The translations under genes and the position numbers were made by a program. Below the pieces are notes generated by a model. It searched no databases. It saw only the letters and a program-made list of their open reading frames with translations, and was not told where the DNA came from. Below, piece after piece: positions 24,180 to 36,818 of a DNA stretch of 64,000 nucleotides. Source of the DNA: Mobula hypostoma (taxonomy: Eukaryota); NCBI RefSeq assembly GCF_963921235.1, contig NC_086097.1, forward strand, positions 235,292,001 to 235,356,000, given 5' to 3'. The stretch's first letter is position 1. Each line of letters starts with the position of its first letter.

Positions 24180-24270
24180 GGAGTTTGTAAGGTCTCTCTG
24201 TGACCTCATGGGTTTTGCTTGAGTGCTCTGGTTTCTTTCCACAGTCCAAAGATGTACCAGTTGATAAGTA
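24180..24270 (+). mobile_element. V-SINE (HE1-like) central-domain fragment
   Basis: GGAGTTTGTA..CTCTGTGACC..TGGGTTT..GTGCTCTGGTTTC..CCACAGTCCAAAGATGT resembles the V-domain and the other SINE copies here. Confidence 0.6.
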
Positions 24271-24301
24271 TATACACACACACACTCTCATAAATACAGT
24301 A

Positions 24302-24928
24302 TACGAGGGGTGATTGATAAGTTTGTGGCCTAAGGTAGAAGGAGTTAACTTTTAAAAAACCTAGCACATTTATTTTCCCTACATTTACACATTTAGTCCA
24401 GCGGTCATGGAGCATATGGATCCCTTCCTTGTAGAAGTCAATGTCTTGGACCTCCAGAAGTGGTCTACAGCGGGGGGGGGGGGGGGGTGATTGATAAATT
24501 TGTGGCCTAAGGTGGAAGGAGATGAGATATTAACTTTAAACTTTCTGTATTTTCACTCAAAGAGTTGAAATGCACGTGCATGTAACGAGAGATGTATAAC
24601 TCATCTCCTTCTACCTTAGGCTATAAACTTATCAATCACACCTGCTGTGGAGCACCTGGAGGTCCAAGACGCTCTTGTTACATGCATGTGCAGTTCAACT
24701 CTTTGACTGATAATGCAGAAAGTTTGAAGTTAATAACTCATCGCTTTCTACCTTAGGCCACAAACTTATCAATCACCCCTGCTGTGGACCACTTCTACAA
24801 AGAAGGGATCCGTATGCTCCACGACCGCTGGACTAAACGTGTACATGTAGGGAGGGGACTATGTTGAAAAATAAATGTGCTAGGTTTTCTAAATTTGACT
24901 CATTCTACCTTAGGCCACAAACTTATCA

Positions 24929-24930
<2 letters not shown>
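24302..24930. mobile_element. Palindromic non-autonomous mariner element (MITE) with repeated TIRs
   Basis: TIR TACGAGGGGTGATTGATAAGTTTGTGGCCTAAGGTAGAAGGAG occurs five times, two forward and three reverse. Both arms carry the transposase C-terminus FYKEGI.MLHDRWTK. Confidence 0.85.

Positions 24931-24963
<33 letters not shown>
24930..24963. repeat. (CA)n microsatellite
   Basis: Perfect AC run that replaces the last bases of the right mariner TIR. Confidence 0.97.
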
Positions 24964-24966
<3 letters not shown>

Positions 24967-25269
24967 GAAAGTAAGAACATTGATTATTTTAGCCATTAGC
25001 CTTGGGGCTTCAACTCCTCTCCTGCACCAGTTCCATGTGGTCCTCAGTTCAAATCCTCTTTGAATTCCTCTAGCAATCTACCTTGTGCAAACCAGCAGGA
25101 TGATGAATTCCACAGAGAGATTAACCATCCTCTGTGGAGAAGAAATTCCAAAGCAGGTTTGTTTTAAATGACTACATTTTATCCCGAAACTATATCACCT
25201 TGGTTGGAACTCTCTCTCTGGTAGAAACATCTCAAAATCTATCTGTCATGCTCATTAGGGTCTTATATG

Positions 25270-25632
25270 CTCCACTATGATCATTCGTGTACAAGATGAT
25301 TGAGGCATAAGTCAAGGGGAAAGCCAGAGACTGTCTCCCTGGCAGAAGTGGTTAAAATGAGGGGACATAATTTTAAAGTGATCAGAGATAAGTGTAGAGG
25401 GAGGAGAATGTCAGAGATAGGTTTCATTACACAGAGAGTGGTGGGTGCATGGAACACACTGATGGTGAGTTGGATACATTAGGGACATTTAAGAAGCTTA
25501 GATAGGCACATATATTATAGAGAAATGGAGGCCAAATGGGAGGGAAGAATTAGATTGATCTTAGATTAGGTTAAAAGCTCAGTACAACATCTTGGGCTAA
25601 AGGACCTGTACTGTGTTGTAATGTTCTATGTT
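25270..25632 (+). mobile_element. Degenerate CR1 3' end
   Basis: RGHNFKV...FITQRVVGAWNTL and a GTTCTATGTT tail remnant. Confidence 0.7.
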
Positions 25633-25634
25633 AC

Positions 25635-25925
25635 ATTTATTAAGAGATACACTGCAGAACAGGCCCTTTCAGCCCGACGACCTACACCACTCAGCATCCC
25701 ACCTATTTAACTCTAGCCTAATCAGAGGACAACTTAGTGACCAATTAACCTACTAATTGGTACATCTTTGAACTGTGGTAGGAAAGCGGAGCACCTGGAG
25801 GAAACCCATGCGGTCACGGGAAGAACAGACAAACTCCTTATGGAGGATGCCAGGATTGAACTCTGAATTCCGATGTCCTGAGCTGTAATAGCATTGCACT
25901 AACCACTACGCTACTATAGGGTGCA
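25635..25925 (-). mobile_element. tRNA-derived V-SINE (HE1-like)
   Basis: Minus strand shows A-box TAGCGTAGTGG, B-box GTTCAATCC, a V-domain and a 3' end CTGCAGTGTATCTCTTAATAAA. Confidence 0.75.
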
Positions 25926-26539
25926 CGTGTTGTATGTTATAATAAGTTTTATGGTAATAATTGAGTTGGTGATAGAGCCTTGCTTGTCTCAAAAGAGAAT
26001 GGGTCTGTTGCGAACCTATGGTTTAAGATCATGGCTTGCATGTTTTCATGAAGCAGGCACAAGATGGAGACAAATTTCTGCGAGCAGCCAAACTTGACAA
26101 GGATGCTTCACAATCCCTTTCCCTCAACTCCACCATAATTATCACCTGTGAGTTGCTTCTGAACCTCTCTGTCATGATTAATAAGAATGGCCAGGTGATC
26201 CAAGGGATAATTAATTGCAAACACAAGGTGTTCTTGGATGGTAAATTCTGCAGAGCCTCAAGAAATGAGTATCAACACTATAGGCACCTGTCAGACAAGA
26301 TCTGACAGAAAACATGTGACCTAAAACAGATTCAGATTCTGAATCATTTATTTGTTACATGTATATTTAGCCAAATATGTTATTTGTGTTAAGAGCTAAC
26401 ACAACCTGGGGATGAGATGGGGTCAGCTCGCAAATGTCACTTGCAGGTGGTGGGTTGAAAGAATGTGGGAAGTCCATTTGCTACCTGAGAATAATAAAGA
26501 GAGTGGATTGTTCAGTGTTGCCAAAACAGTCTGTAGCTC

Positions 26540-26800
26540 CAGAAACCACTCTGCTGAGAACCAAGAATGAAGGAGAAGTTACCAAGGACAATGAGGTAAG
26601 CAACACCCAATGGAAGGAACATTTCAAAGAAATCCTCAGCAGTGTCTCTACACTTTAAGTGACCATCCTAGACCAGAACACACAGCAAACTACTCTGTCC
26701 AACTTTGCCTCCACCTCTGACCAATAAGATGTTAAAATGGCCATATGCCAACTGAAGGGCATTCAAAACTTGAAAGCAGATGGTATCTGATTTGAAGTCC
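26540..26800 (+). mobile_element. Very degenerate RTE-like LINE fragment
   Basis: TLLRTKNEGEVTKDNEVSNTQWKEHFKEIL followed by VKMAICQLK...ADGI resembles the RTE ORF2 linker. Confidence 0.45.
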
Positions 26801-26802
26801 AA

Positions 26803-27249
26803 AGACCATAAGACATACGAGCAGAATTACACCATATCACCTATCAAGTCTGCTCCACCATTCAATCATAGCTGATTTTTCCCCCTCCTCAGCCCCACTC
26901 CCCAGCCTTCTCCCTATAACCTTTGATGCCGTGTCCAATCAAGAACCTATCAATCTCTGCCTTAAATATATCCAATGACCTAACCTCCACAGTTGCCTGT
27001 AGTAACAAATTCCACAAATTCAACACCCTCTGGCTTAAAAGAAAATTCTCTGATTCTGTGCTTTAAATGGATGATTCTGTATCCTGAGGCTGTGCCCTCT
27101 TGTCCAGGACCCCCCACCATGGGAAACATCGTTTCCAGATCTACTCTGTCTCAGCCTTTCAGCATTCAAAAGGTTTTAATGAGATCGCCCCTCATCCTTT
27201 GAAATTCAAGTGAGTACAGACCCAGAGCCAACAAACATTCCTCATATGA
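26803..27249 (-). mobile_element. CR1 3' fragment
   Basis: SYEECLLALGLYSLEFQRMRGDLIKTF and tail AGACCATAAGACAT. Confidence 0.8.
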
Positions 27250-28890
27250 CTTACAGCAGACCGAAACGCTTGAAGATATAGACGTTAAGAAAGAGGATGT
27301 GCTGGAGCTTTTGAAAAGCATTAAGCTAGATAAGTCACCAGGACCAGACAAGATATACCTCTGGCTACTGTGGGAAGAAAGGAAGGAAATTGCTGAGCCT
27401 CTGTTGATGATCTTTGCATCATCAATAGGGATGGGAGAAAGTACTGGAGAATTGGAGGAGTGCAAATATTGTTCCTTTGTTCGAGAAAGGGAGTAGAGAA
27501 AACCCAGGAAATTAGAGATCAGTGAATCTTACTTCAGTAGTGGGCAAGTTGTTGGAGAAGATCCTGAGAGGTAGGATTTGTGAGCATTTGGAGAAACATA
27601 ATCTGATTAGGGATCATCAGCATGGCTTTTTCAAGGGCAGGTCATGCCTTATGAGCCTGATGGAATTCTTTGAGATGTAACAAAACTTATTGATGAAGGT
27701 AGAGTAGTGAATGTAGTGTATATGGATTTCAGTAAGGCTTTTGCTAAGGTCCCCCAGAAAGCCTCCTTCAGAAAGTAAGAAGGCATGAAATCCAAGGAGA
27801 ACCTGCTTTGTGGATCCAGAATTAGCTTGCTTACAGAAGGCAAAGGCTGGTTGTAGATGGTTCATATTCTCCATGGAGGTCAGTGACCAGTTGTGTTCTG
27901 CAGGGATATGTTCTGGGACCTCTCCTCTTTATGATTTTTATAAATGACCTGAATGAAGAAGTAGAAGTGTGGATTAGTAAGTTTGTTGATGATACAGAAG
28001 TTGGAGGCTTTGTGGGTAGTCTGGACGGATGACAAAGGGTACAGCGGGACATCAGTAGGATGCAGAACTGGACTGAGAAGTGGCAGATGGAGTTCAACCC
28101 AAATAAATGTGAATTGGTTCATGCTGGTACGTCAAATTTGAAGACAGAATATAGTATTAATGTTAAGACTCTCAGCAGTGTGGAGGATTAGAGAGTCCTT
28201 GGGGTCCATGTCCATAAGACATTCAAAAGTGCTGCACAAGTTGTTAGTGTTGTTAAGAAGGTGTATAGTGTGTTGGCATTCACCAACCATGGGATTGAGT
28301 TCAAGAACCATAAGGTAATGTTACAGCTACATAAGACCTTGGTCAGACCCCACTTGGAGTACTATGTTCAGTTCTGGTCACCTCACTACAGGAAAGATGT
28401 GGATACTATAGCGAGGGTGCAAAGGGGGTTTACAAGGTTGTTGCCTGGATTGGAGAGTGTCTCTTATGAGAATAGGTTGAGTGAACTTGGCCTTTTCTCC
28501 TTGGAGCGGTGGAGGATGAGAGGTGACCTGATAGAGGTGTAAAAGAGGTGGGTGATGAGAGGCATTGATCATGTGGATAGCCAAAAGTTTATTCCCAGGG
28601 CAGAAATGACTAACATGACAGGGCATAGTTTTAAGGTGCTTGGAAGTAGGTACAGAGGGGATGTCAGGGGTAAGTTTTTTGACACAGCGTGTGGATACAT
28701 GGAATGAACTGCCAGACACTATAGTGAAGGCAGATACAATGTTTTTTTTAAGAGACTCTTACATAGGAACATGGAACTTAGAAAATAGAGGGCTATGTGG
28801 TAGGGTAATTCTAGGCATTTTTTGGAGTAGGTTACACATTGTGGGTCGATAATCCTGTAATGTGCTGTAGATTTTTATGTTCTATGTCTA
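27250..28890 (+). mobile_element. Degenerate 5'-truncated CR1
   Basis: IKLDKSPGPD and LVRPHLEYYVQFWSPHYRKD. TTATGTTCTATGT tail. Same family as 41322-43060 and 47183-48415. Confidence 0.87.
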
Positions 28891-29074
28891 TCCATTATAA
28901 GGGACCCCCACCACCCAGGTCCTGCTGTCTTCCCATTGCTGCTGTCAGGAAGAAGGCACAGGAGCCTCAGGACTCACACCACCAGGTTCAGGAACAATTA
29001 TTAAACATCAAACATCAGACTCTTGAACTACAAGGGACAATTTCACTTAACTTCACTTGCTCCATGACTGAACT

Positions 29075-29805
29075 CTGCCTCCCTCTCTTCTTAAAGTGTG
29101 ACACTTGCAATTTTCCAGTTCTCTGGAACTATTCCAGAATCTAGTCACTCTTGAAGGATCGTCACTAATACTTTAACAACTTCTTCAGCAACCTATTTCA
29201 AAACCCTGGGATGTATTTCATCTGGTTCAGGTGACTTATCTACCTTCGGAACACTCAGCTTCCCGAGCACCTGCTCCTTAGTAATAGCAACTACACTCAC
29301 TTCTGCCCCCTGACACTCTTGAATTTCTGGCATTCTGCTAGGGTCCTCCACAGTAAAAACTAACACAAAACATTGAGTAAGTTCGTCTGCCATTTCTTTG
29401 TCCCCAGTACCTGTCCAGTCTCATTTTCCAGCGTTCCAATACCTACTCTCACCTCTCTTACTGATTATACAATATAGCTGAAATATTTTTGGTATCCTCG
29501 GCTACCTTCTTACCTTATTCTTTTTTAGTTGCCTTCTATTGATTTTTAAAAACTTCCCAGTCCTCTAAATTAGCCAGAGGGTGGTGAATCTGTAGAATTC
29601 CTTGCCACAGGTGGCTGTGCAGGCCAGGTCATCGGGTGTATTTAAGGCAGAGGTTGCTAAGTTCTTGACTGGTCAGGGGGTGTAAGATTGTAGGGAGAAG
29701 GCGAGAGAATGGTGATGAGTTGGAAAATGGATCAGCATGATGAATCGGCAGAGCAGACTCGATAGGCCAAATGGCCTAATTCTGCTCCTATATTTTATGG
29801 TCGGT
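29075..29805. mobile_element. Two opposed degenerate CR1 fragments (minus 29075-29570, plus 29570-29805)
   Basis: VDKSPEPDEIHPRVLK on the minus strand; CAGAGGGTGGTGAATCTG...GGCCTAATTCTGCTCCTAT 3' end on the plus strand. Confidence 0.65.
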
Positions 29806-30050
29806 CTATTTTGCTGCTATAGTTTAAGATGTTTCTATCCCGAACCTTCTGAATTTCCCCCAGAAACACCAACATTGCTGTTCTGCCAATTCTACTGCTG
29901 TTCTACTACTGTCCCTTCCAATCAATACTGGCCAGCTCCTCTCTCATGCCTCTGCTATCCTGGGCCCAGCACATAAGTGCGATTATGAAGAGCGCACATG
30001 GCAGTGCCTCTACCTCCTTAGGAATTTGTGAAGATTAGGCATGACTCTGA

Positions 30051-30829
30051 CATAGTCATAGTCATAGTCATACTTTATTGATCCCGGGGGAAACTGGTTT
30101 TCGTTACAGTTGCACCATAAATAATAAATAGTAATAAAACCATAAATAGTTAAATAGTAATATGTAAGTTATGCCAGGAAGTAAGTCCAGGACCAGCCTA
30201 TTGGCTCAGGGTGTCTGACCTACCAAGGGAGGAGTTGTAAAGTTTGATGGCCACAGGCAGGAATGACTTCCTATGACGCTCTGTGTTGCATCTCGGTGGA
30301 ATGAGTCTCTGGCTGAATGTACTCCTGTGCCCAACCAGTACATTATGTAGTGGATGGGAGACATTGTCCAAGATGGCATGCAACTTGGACAGCATCCTCT
30401 TTTCAGACACCACCGTCAGAGAGTTCAGTTCCATCCCCACAACATCACTGGCCTTACGAATGAGTTTGTTGATTCTGTTGGTGTCTGCTCCCCTCAGCCT
30501 GCTGACCCAGCACATAACAGCAAACACGATAGCACTGGCCACCACAGACTCGTAGAACATCCTCAGCATCGTCCGGCAGATGTTAAAGGACCTCAGTCTC
30601 CTCAGGAAATAGAGACGTCTCTGACCCTTCTTGTAGACAGCCTCAGTGTTCTTTGACCAGTCCCGTTTATTGTCAATTCATATCCCCAGTTATTTGTAAT
30701 CCTTCACCATGTCCACACTGACCCCCTGGATGGAAACAGGGGTCACCGGTACCTTAGCTCTCCTCAGGTCTACCACCAGCTCCTTAGTCTTTTTCACATT
30801 AAGCTGCAGATAATTCTGCTCACACCATG
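30051..30829 (-). mobile_element. Young 5'-truncated Rex1/Babar-like LINE with (TATGAC)n tail, inside an older Rex fragment (~29960-31500)
   Basis: MLRMFYESVVASAIVFAVMCW...TERHRKSFLPVAIKLYN. CATAGT repeats at 30051-30070. Confidence 0.85.
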
Positions 30830-32194
30830 CTCACTTGTTCACTTCTGCTCACTTCTATAGATGTGTAGTGGAGAATATATTGACTGGCTGCATCACAGCC
30901 TGGTATGGAGACAAAAATGCCCTTGAACAGAAAAACCTGCAAAAAGTAATAGATACAACTCAGCCCATCAAGGATAAAGCCTTCTGCACTATTGAGCACT
31001 TCACACAAAGCATTGCTGTAGGAAAGCAGCATCCATCATTAGGAACCCTCAACCCACACCACCCAGATCATACTCTTTTCTCACTGCTGCCATTGGGAAG
31101 AAGGTACAGGAGCCTCAGGACTCACACCACCAGGTTCAGGAACAGTTACTACCCTCATTCATCAGGCTCTTGAACCAAAGGAGATAGCCAATTTCACTTG
31201 CCCATCATTGAAATGTTCCCTCACACTATGGACTCACTTTCAAAGACTTTTCATCTCATGTCCTTGATAATTATTGCTTGTATATTTATTATTATTATTT
31301 ATTTATTTTGTATTTACACATTTTGTTGTCAGTTGCATATTAGTTGAAAGCTGAAGCTGATGCTGTCTTTCATTGATTCTATTATGGCTATTATTCGATA
31401 ATGGATTTGTTGAATATGCCCGCAAGAAAATAAATCTCAGATTTGCATGTTGAATTTCCTTTATTCCACTGCAATGCTGATACATCTGATTTTGGCTTCC
31501 TCCTCTCACCCCATTACTTGTGTTCTGTCCCAGCACTTCCTTAGGTTATGTTGGTAAATTATATTGATTCGCAAATGACACATTCCACAGTACATTTCAA
31601 TGTACAAATGATAATAAACAAGCAGATCTGAATCAAATGATTTTTTTATAGCTGCCTACAAGTCAGTGGCAGCCCTGAAGTAAGAAGAACAAGAGATGGG
31701 GATAACCAAGACAAGAATCCAATGACTTTTTCAGAGAATGGTCTTGTATTTTGGATGCATGTTGTTCAAGGGCTTTGTAGATGTTCAGTGTAAGAGCCAT
31801 TTTCTTAAAAAGCTTCAGCAAGTAATTCAACAATTATTTGTAACTTGGCCTCTCAACATGATGAACGTAAGTGTACTCTTGTACCATTACACACAAGTGC
31901 ACTCTTCAGGCTGTAGCTCAAAAACTGAGGGTGGGGACACCTTGGTCTTGGAGTAGAGGAGACATTGTTTGAGCCACTTCCAATCTGACCTGCAGATTAG
32001 CTCCACTCCAGCAGAAATCTTGTTGGAGGAACAGTATTGTGGTGAGATAGAATAAGAAAAAGTGTCAAGGTGATGACCTGCTTTATTTGAATCTAGTCTG
32101 CATGGAGTTTGTGTCTGCTATCTAGCATGAGCCAGAAGATAGAGATGAATTTCACCTCCAAATTTGAGAAAAAAATGCTTCTGGATTATGTTAG

Positions 32195-32840
32195 AACAAG
32201 AACACAGAACATAGAACATAAGACTCAGAGAAAGGACCTTCAGCCCATGATGTTGTGCCGAACTAATTAGAATAGTAATTAAGTGCCTAACTAATCCTTT
32301 TGCCTACATAAAGTGCATATCCTTCCATTCTCTAAATATTCACATCTATCTGAGAGCCTTTTAAATACTTCTATTATATTTACGTCTACTGCCATCCTTG
32401 GCAGTACGCTCCTGCCATCCACCTCTCTCGGTGCCAAAAGCTTGCCCTGCACATCTCCTTCGAAATTCCACCCCCCCCCCCCGCCCCCGTTAAATGTACT
32501 AGGCATTTTGATCCTAGGGATAAAATACCAGTTTTCCATTCTGTTTATTCCTCTGATCATTTTGCAATCATCCATCAAATCTCACATCAACATCTGCCAC
32601 TCCGGAGTAAGCAACTCAAGCTTGGGTCCTCAGATCTCAACGGTGGATTCTTGAGTTTCAACACTCAATAAGCCGTGCTAACAACCCGGAGGCCCTAACC
32701 GATAAAGCATATGTGTGTATTCAACACAAGTCCTCCTGACAGCACAAGCCTTCCAAACTCTTCTGTACCTTCTCCAAAGCCTCCACATCCTTTCCAAAAT
32801 TGAGTGAGCAGAATTGAATACAATTGTCTTGATGCAACAT
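32195..32840 (-). mobile_element. Very degenerate CR1 3' fragment
   Basis: AGAACATAGAACATA tail at ~32200 and a decayed ORF2 C-terminus (KMIRGINRM...VFKRLSDR). Confidence 0.6.
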
Positions 32841-33600
32841 GGCGAGCATTCTTCGTACTTTTAGATGTACGGAGTCTGCACTCAGATTGGGGGCAGCTTT
32901 TCAGCCGTGGGGAGGCAGTAGTCAAGGAGCCTGGTGATAGTTTTCCCTGGGGACAACACTGAGATGACACACTTTCTGCACCCACCCAACCCATCCCCAG
33001 TTTCTGCATCAAATTTATGGTCAAAATTATGGTGTCTCTGAGTTCTCAGTCATGTCGTCTTCTGTTCAGTTGGTGGTAGTTAAAATTCTAAACTTGATCT
33101 TCTCCACTAAATCTGAGAAGTTCAGCAAGGGTACTGAGGTATATGGCCTTTTCAAGTCAGTGGACAGTGCTGAGATTGGACCCCATAACTTGCAGTGAAA
33201 TGAGGTCAAGAGAAGAGACATAGATGAGGATTTCCCTGAAGTATTCCTTCCTGTGGGCACTAACTAAATTGCTATCCATCTTAACTTCATTTTTTCTCAA
33301 CTTTCAGCATGGTAGGTCCTTGGGTCTCAGTCAACAATCCATACATTTCATGGCAGTATGTAAGAGCCAGCAATTGAGATGTGTGAATTCACACACCATC
33401 CAGATTGTCGGAGCACTTTCATTTGTTTAGTTACATTAACATTCTCTATGTTATACAGTACTTATGAAAATCATCAGGAAACTATCTGAGTATTGTAACA
33501 ACTGGTTCCCAAATGTTGATGGATTATTAAATCTCCTCTTAAGCTTTCGGAAGCTCCTGGTATTTCCAATTCCAGATACTACAAATCCTCTTTAAGTTTC

Positions 33601-35108
33601 GCTGTGGTAAATTGGATCAGCAAGTTTGCTGATGACTCTAAGATTGGAGGTGTTGTGGACAGCGAGGAAGGCTTTCAAAGCTTGCAGAAGGATCTGGACT
33701 AACTGGAAAACTGGGCCAGAAAATGGTAGATGGAATTTAGTGCAGACAAGTGTGAGGTGTTGCATTTTGGAAGGACTAATCAAGGTAGGACAGACACAGT
33801 AAATGGTAGGGCACTGAAGAGTGCGGAGGAACAAAGAGATCTGGGAGTTCAGATACATAATTCCCTGAAAGTGGCATCACAGGTAGACAGGGTTGTAAAG
33901 AAGGCTTTTGACATCCTGGCATTCATAAATCAAAGTATTGAGTGTAGGAGTTGGGATGTTATGGGGAAGTTGTATAAGACATTGGTGAGGCCAAATTTAG
34001 AACCATAGAAACCATAGAACATTACAGCACAGAAACAGGCCATTTTAGCCCTTCTTGGCTGTGTCGAACCATTTTTCTGCCTAGTCCCTCTGACCTGCAC
34101 CTGGACCATATCCCTCCATACACGTACCTGTCCAAGTTTTTCTTAAATGTTAAAAGTGAGCCTGCATTTACCACTTCATCTGGCAGCTCATTCCACACTC
34201 CCACCACTTTCCGTGTGAAGAAGCCCCCCCCAATGTTCCCTTTAAACTTTTACCCCTTCACCCGTAACCCATGTCCTCTTTTTTTCTCCCCTAGCCTCAG
34301 TGGAAAAAGCCTGCTTGCATTCACTCTATCTATACCCATCATAATTTTATATACCTCTATCAAATCTCCCCTCATTCTTCTACGCTCCAGGGAATAAAGT
34401 CCTATCCTATTCAACCTTTCTCTGTAACTCAGATTCTCAAGTCCTGGCAACATCCTTATAAACGTTCTCTGCATTCTTTCAGCTATATTAATACCCTTCC
34501 TGTAATTTGGTGACCAAAACTGTACACAATACTTTAAATTTTGGAGTATTGTGTACAGTTCTGGTCAACTACCTATATGAAGGATATCAGTAAGATTGAA
34601 AGAGTGCAGAGAAGATTTACTAGGATGTTGCCGCGTCTTCAGGAGTTGAGTTACAGGGAAAGATTGAACAGTTCAGGACTTTATTCCTTGGAGCGTAGAA
34701 GAATGAGGGGAGATTTGATAGAGGTTTACAAAATTATGAGGGGTATAGACAAAGTAAATGTGCATAGGCTCTTTCCACTTAGATTAGGAGAGATAAATAC
34801 AAGAGGACATGGCTTTAGGGTGAAAGGGGAAAGGTTTAGGGGGAACATTAGGGGGAACATTAGGGGGAACTTCTTCACTCACAGAGTGGTGGGAGTGTGA
34901 AACGAGCTGCCATCTGACATGGAAATGCGGGTACACTCTTAAGTTTTAAAAATAAATTGGATAGGTACATAGATGGGAGAGGTCTGGAGGGTTATGGACT
35001 GGATGCAGGTCAATGGGACTAGCTGAATAATGTTTTGGCACAGACTAGAAGGGCCGAATGGCCTGTTTTCTGTGCTGTAGTGTTCTATAGTTCTATGGTT
35101 CTATGGTT
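33601..35108 (+). mobile_element. 5'-truncated CR1 (33601-33998, 34541-35108) split by an antisense CR1
   Basis: KFADDSKIGG...KTLVRPNL|EYCVQFWS continuity across the insert. (TTCTATGG)n tail. Confidence 0.9.
33999..34540 (-). mobile_element. Antisense CR1 3' fragment
   Basis: AGAACCATAG tail repeats at 33999-34020 and RMLPGLENLSYRERLNRIGLYSLE. Resembles the 9593-11965 subfamily. Confidence 0.9.
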
Positions 35109-35299
35109 TTCCTCAGTTACGTGATTTGCTCACATTATATCATGAGTATTAATATGATATAGATTAAATTAAATAAAATCTAAATTTTCGCATAAAAAAT
35201 GAAGGAATAATGGCCTGATTTTCATAATTATTCACAGTAAGCAAACTGCAAAGGGTCCAATGTGGCTGTCAGGTGAGATCCATTACTATCTGCTCAAAG

Positions 35300-35640
35300 C
35301 ACTTCATTTTGAGGTCAGTGCCTCTGGGTGGTAATTGTTTAGGTTAGTTACCATTGCCTTTTTGAGCACGAGAATGATGGTGACTGCCTTGAAGCCTATA
35401 GGCACAGTGGACTGTTGCAAAGAGACATTAAAGATATCAATTAAGACCACTGTTAGCAGGGCCGCACAATCCCTCAGCACCACTAGGAACCTCCTCACCT
35501 CAGCCGCAGCCAGACTGGATGCTTGTTCCACAAGGGGAGAGGGGGCTTACCCTGTCATATCACTCATTGCATAGAAGGCATTCGGCCTATCAGGAAGGGA
35601 GGCATCTCTGTAGATGACGTGTAAGATGGCCTTGTAATCT
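35300..35640 (-). mobile_element. Rex1/Babar-like RT fragment
   Basis: VLRDCAALLTVVLIDIFNVSLQQSTVPIGFKAVTII..KK...LNNYHPEALTS. Confidence 0.7.
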
Positions 35641-36662
35641 GTTATGGTTTGCATACTTTACCATATGGCCGCGTATATCCCTAACCCATACATACGTCTT
35701 TGGAGTGTGGAAAGAAACCAGAGCACCCAGAGGAAATCCTGGGGAAAATGTACAGACTGCTCACAGAAAGCAGTAGATATTGAACCCCAGTTGCTGATTG
35801 CCACTGCACCACCCACTCTCTATCCCTTTTGATTAAAGTATCTCCAGTCTTCCTGCAGCCAGCTCCAATTAACAGCATTCCATCCTTATAACTTCTCACC
35901 AAATACAAAATGCTGAAGTGTATAATTCATTGCCTGACCAGAAGCATCCTTCATAAGTAGTCATAGCCTTGAAACTCCTAACAAGGAGTATTAATTGGAG
36001 GTTACAAAGCCACCAGACAAATATAGCTTACAATGTGAAAAAAATACCTTTGGACTTACTTTTCCATCTAGTGTGAAATAATTGGAACTTATTGTTTAGG
36101 ATGCGCTTGAATTCTACTGCACAGAATTGCAGGCTGTAATTGCCACTTGCTGTACTTACTGCACTGGCCTTGAAGGTTATCTCATGATTCTTCATGTCCC
36201 AAGGGGCAAGACTAGTTCCAAATTATGACTGGACCACAGACAGTGATCCTGTTCCAATTGTTTTGTCAGGTGACAATGTTAAGGCCACAGCTTTGCTGGG
36301 TGGGATAAAATAAATCAACAACCTATAAAAGCACAGAAATAAACAAAAACAAAATAGCTTTCAAGAAGAGTATTGGCCCAAAACATTGACTATCTATTAT
36401 TTTCCATAGATGGTGTGTGTGTATTGTTTCAAGAAACAACCACGACGCCTCCTAAATCTATGCTTAACGATTTCTATTGAAATCAAAGCAGTTTAAATCT
36501 GACTGATAATCTGATTAGCAACTCTGCAGCAGAATATTGGACACTTGCAATAAGCTTCGTGTCTATGAGCTTTGAGGCAATTTACCCTGTTACATGATGA
36601 ACTGAGATTGAGGCTTGGGCCTACTCCGGGTGCTCCAGGGAATTGGTTCTATGGACTCAATC

Positions 36663-36818
36663 CCTTACTCACTCTTCCTTCAGTTAGTCCTGACGAAGGG
36701 TCTCGGCCTGAAACGTCGACTGCACCTGTTCCTATAGATGCTGCTTGGCCTGCTGCGTTCACCAGCAACTTTGATGTATGTTGCTTGAATTTCCAGCATC
36801 TGCAGAATTCCTGTTGTT
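36663..36818 (+). mobile_element. Solo PLE terminal-repeat end (~156 bp) with 16-bp flanking direct repeat
   Basis: TTCTATGGACTCAATC at 36647-62 and 36819-34. The insert matches 18605-18729 plus the extension seen at 16197. Confidence 0.9.
36686..36721 (+). ncRNA. Minimal hammerhead ribozyme, intact
   Basis: AGTC CTGACGA AGGGTCTCGGCCT GAAAC GTC GACT. Confidence 0.85.

Noticed and set aside
24470..24487. Poly-G run as a functional G-quadruplex
   Set aside because: Homopolymer expansion of the GGGG in a mariner TIR. Its length may also be a sequencing artefact.
26036..26305. 89-aa ORF as a host exon
   Set aside because: No convincing splice pair or recognisable homology, and it adjoins RTE-like debris.
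34838..34872. Tandem GGGGAACATTAG duplication
   Set aside because: Simple 12-bp slippage inside a CR1 (GNIRGNIRG).
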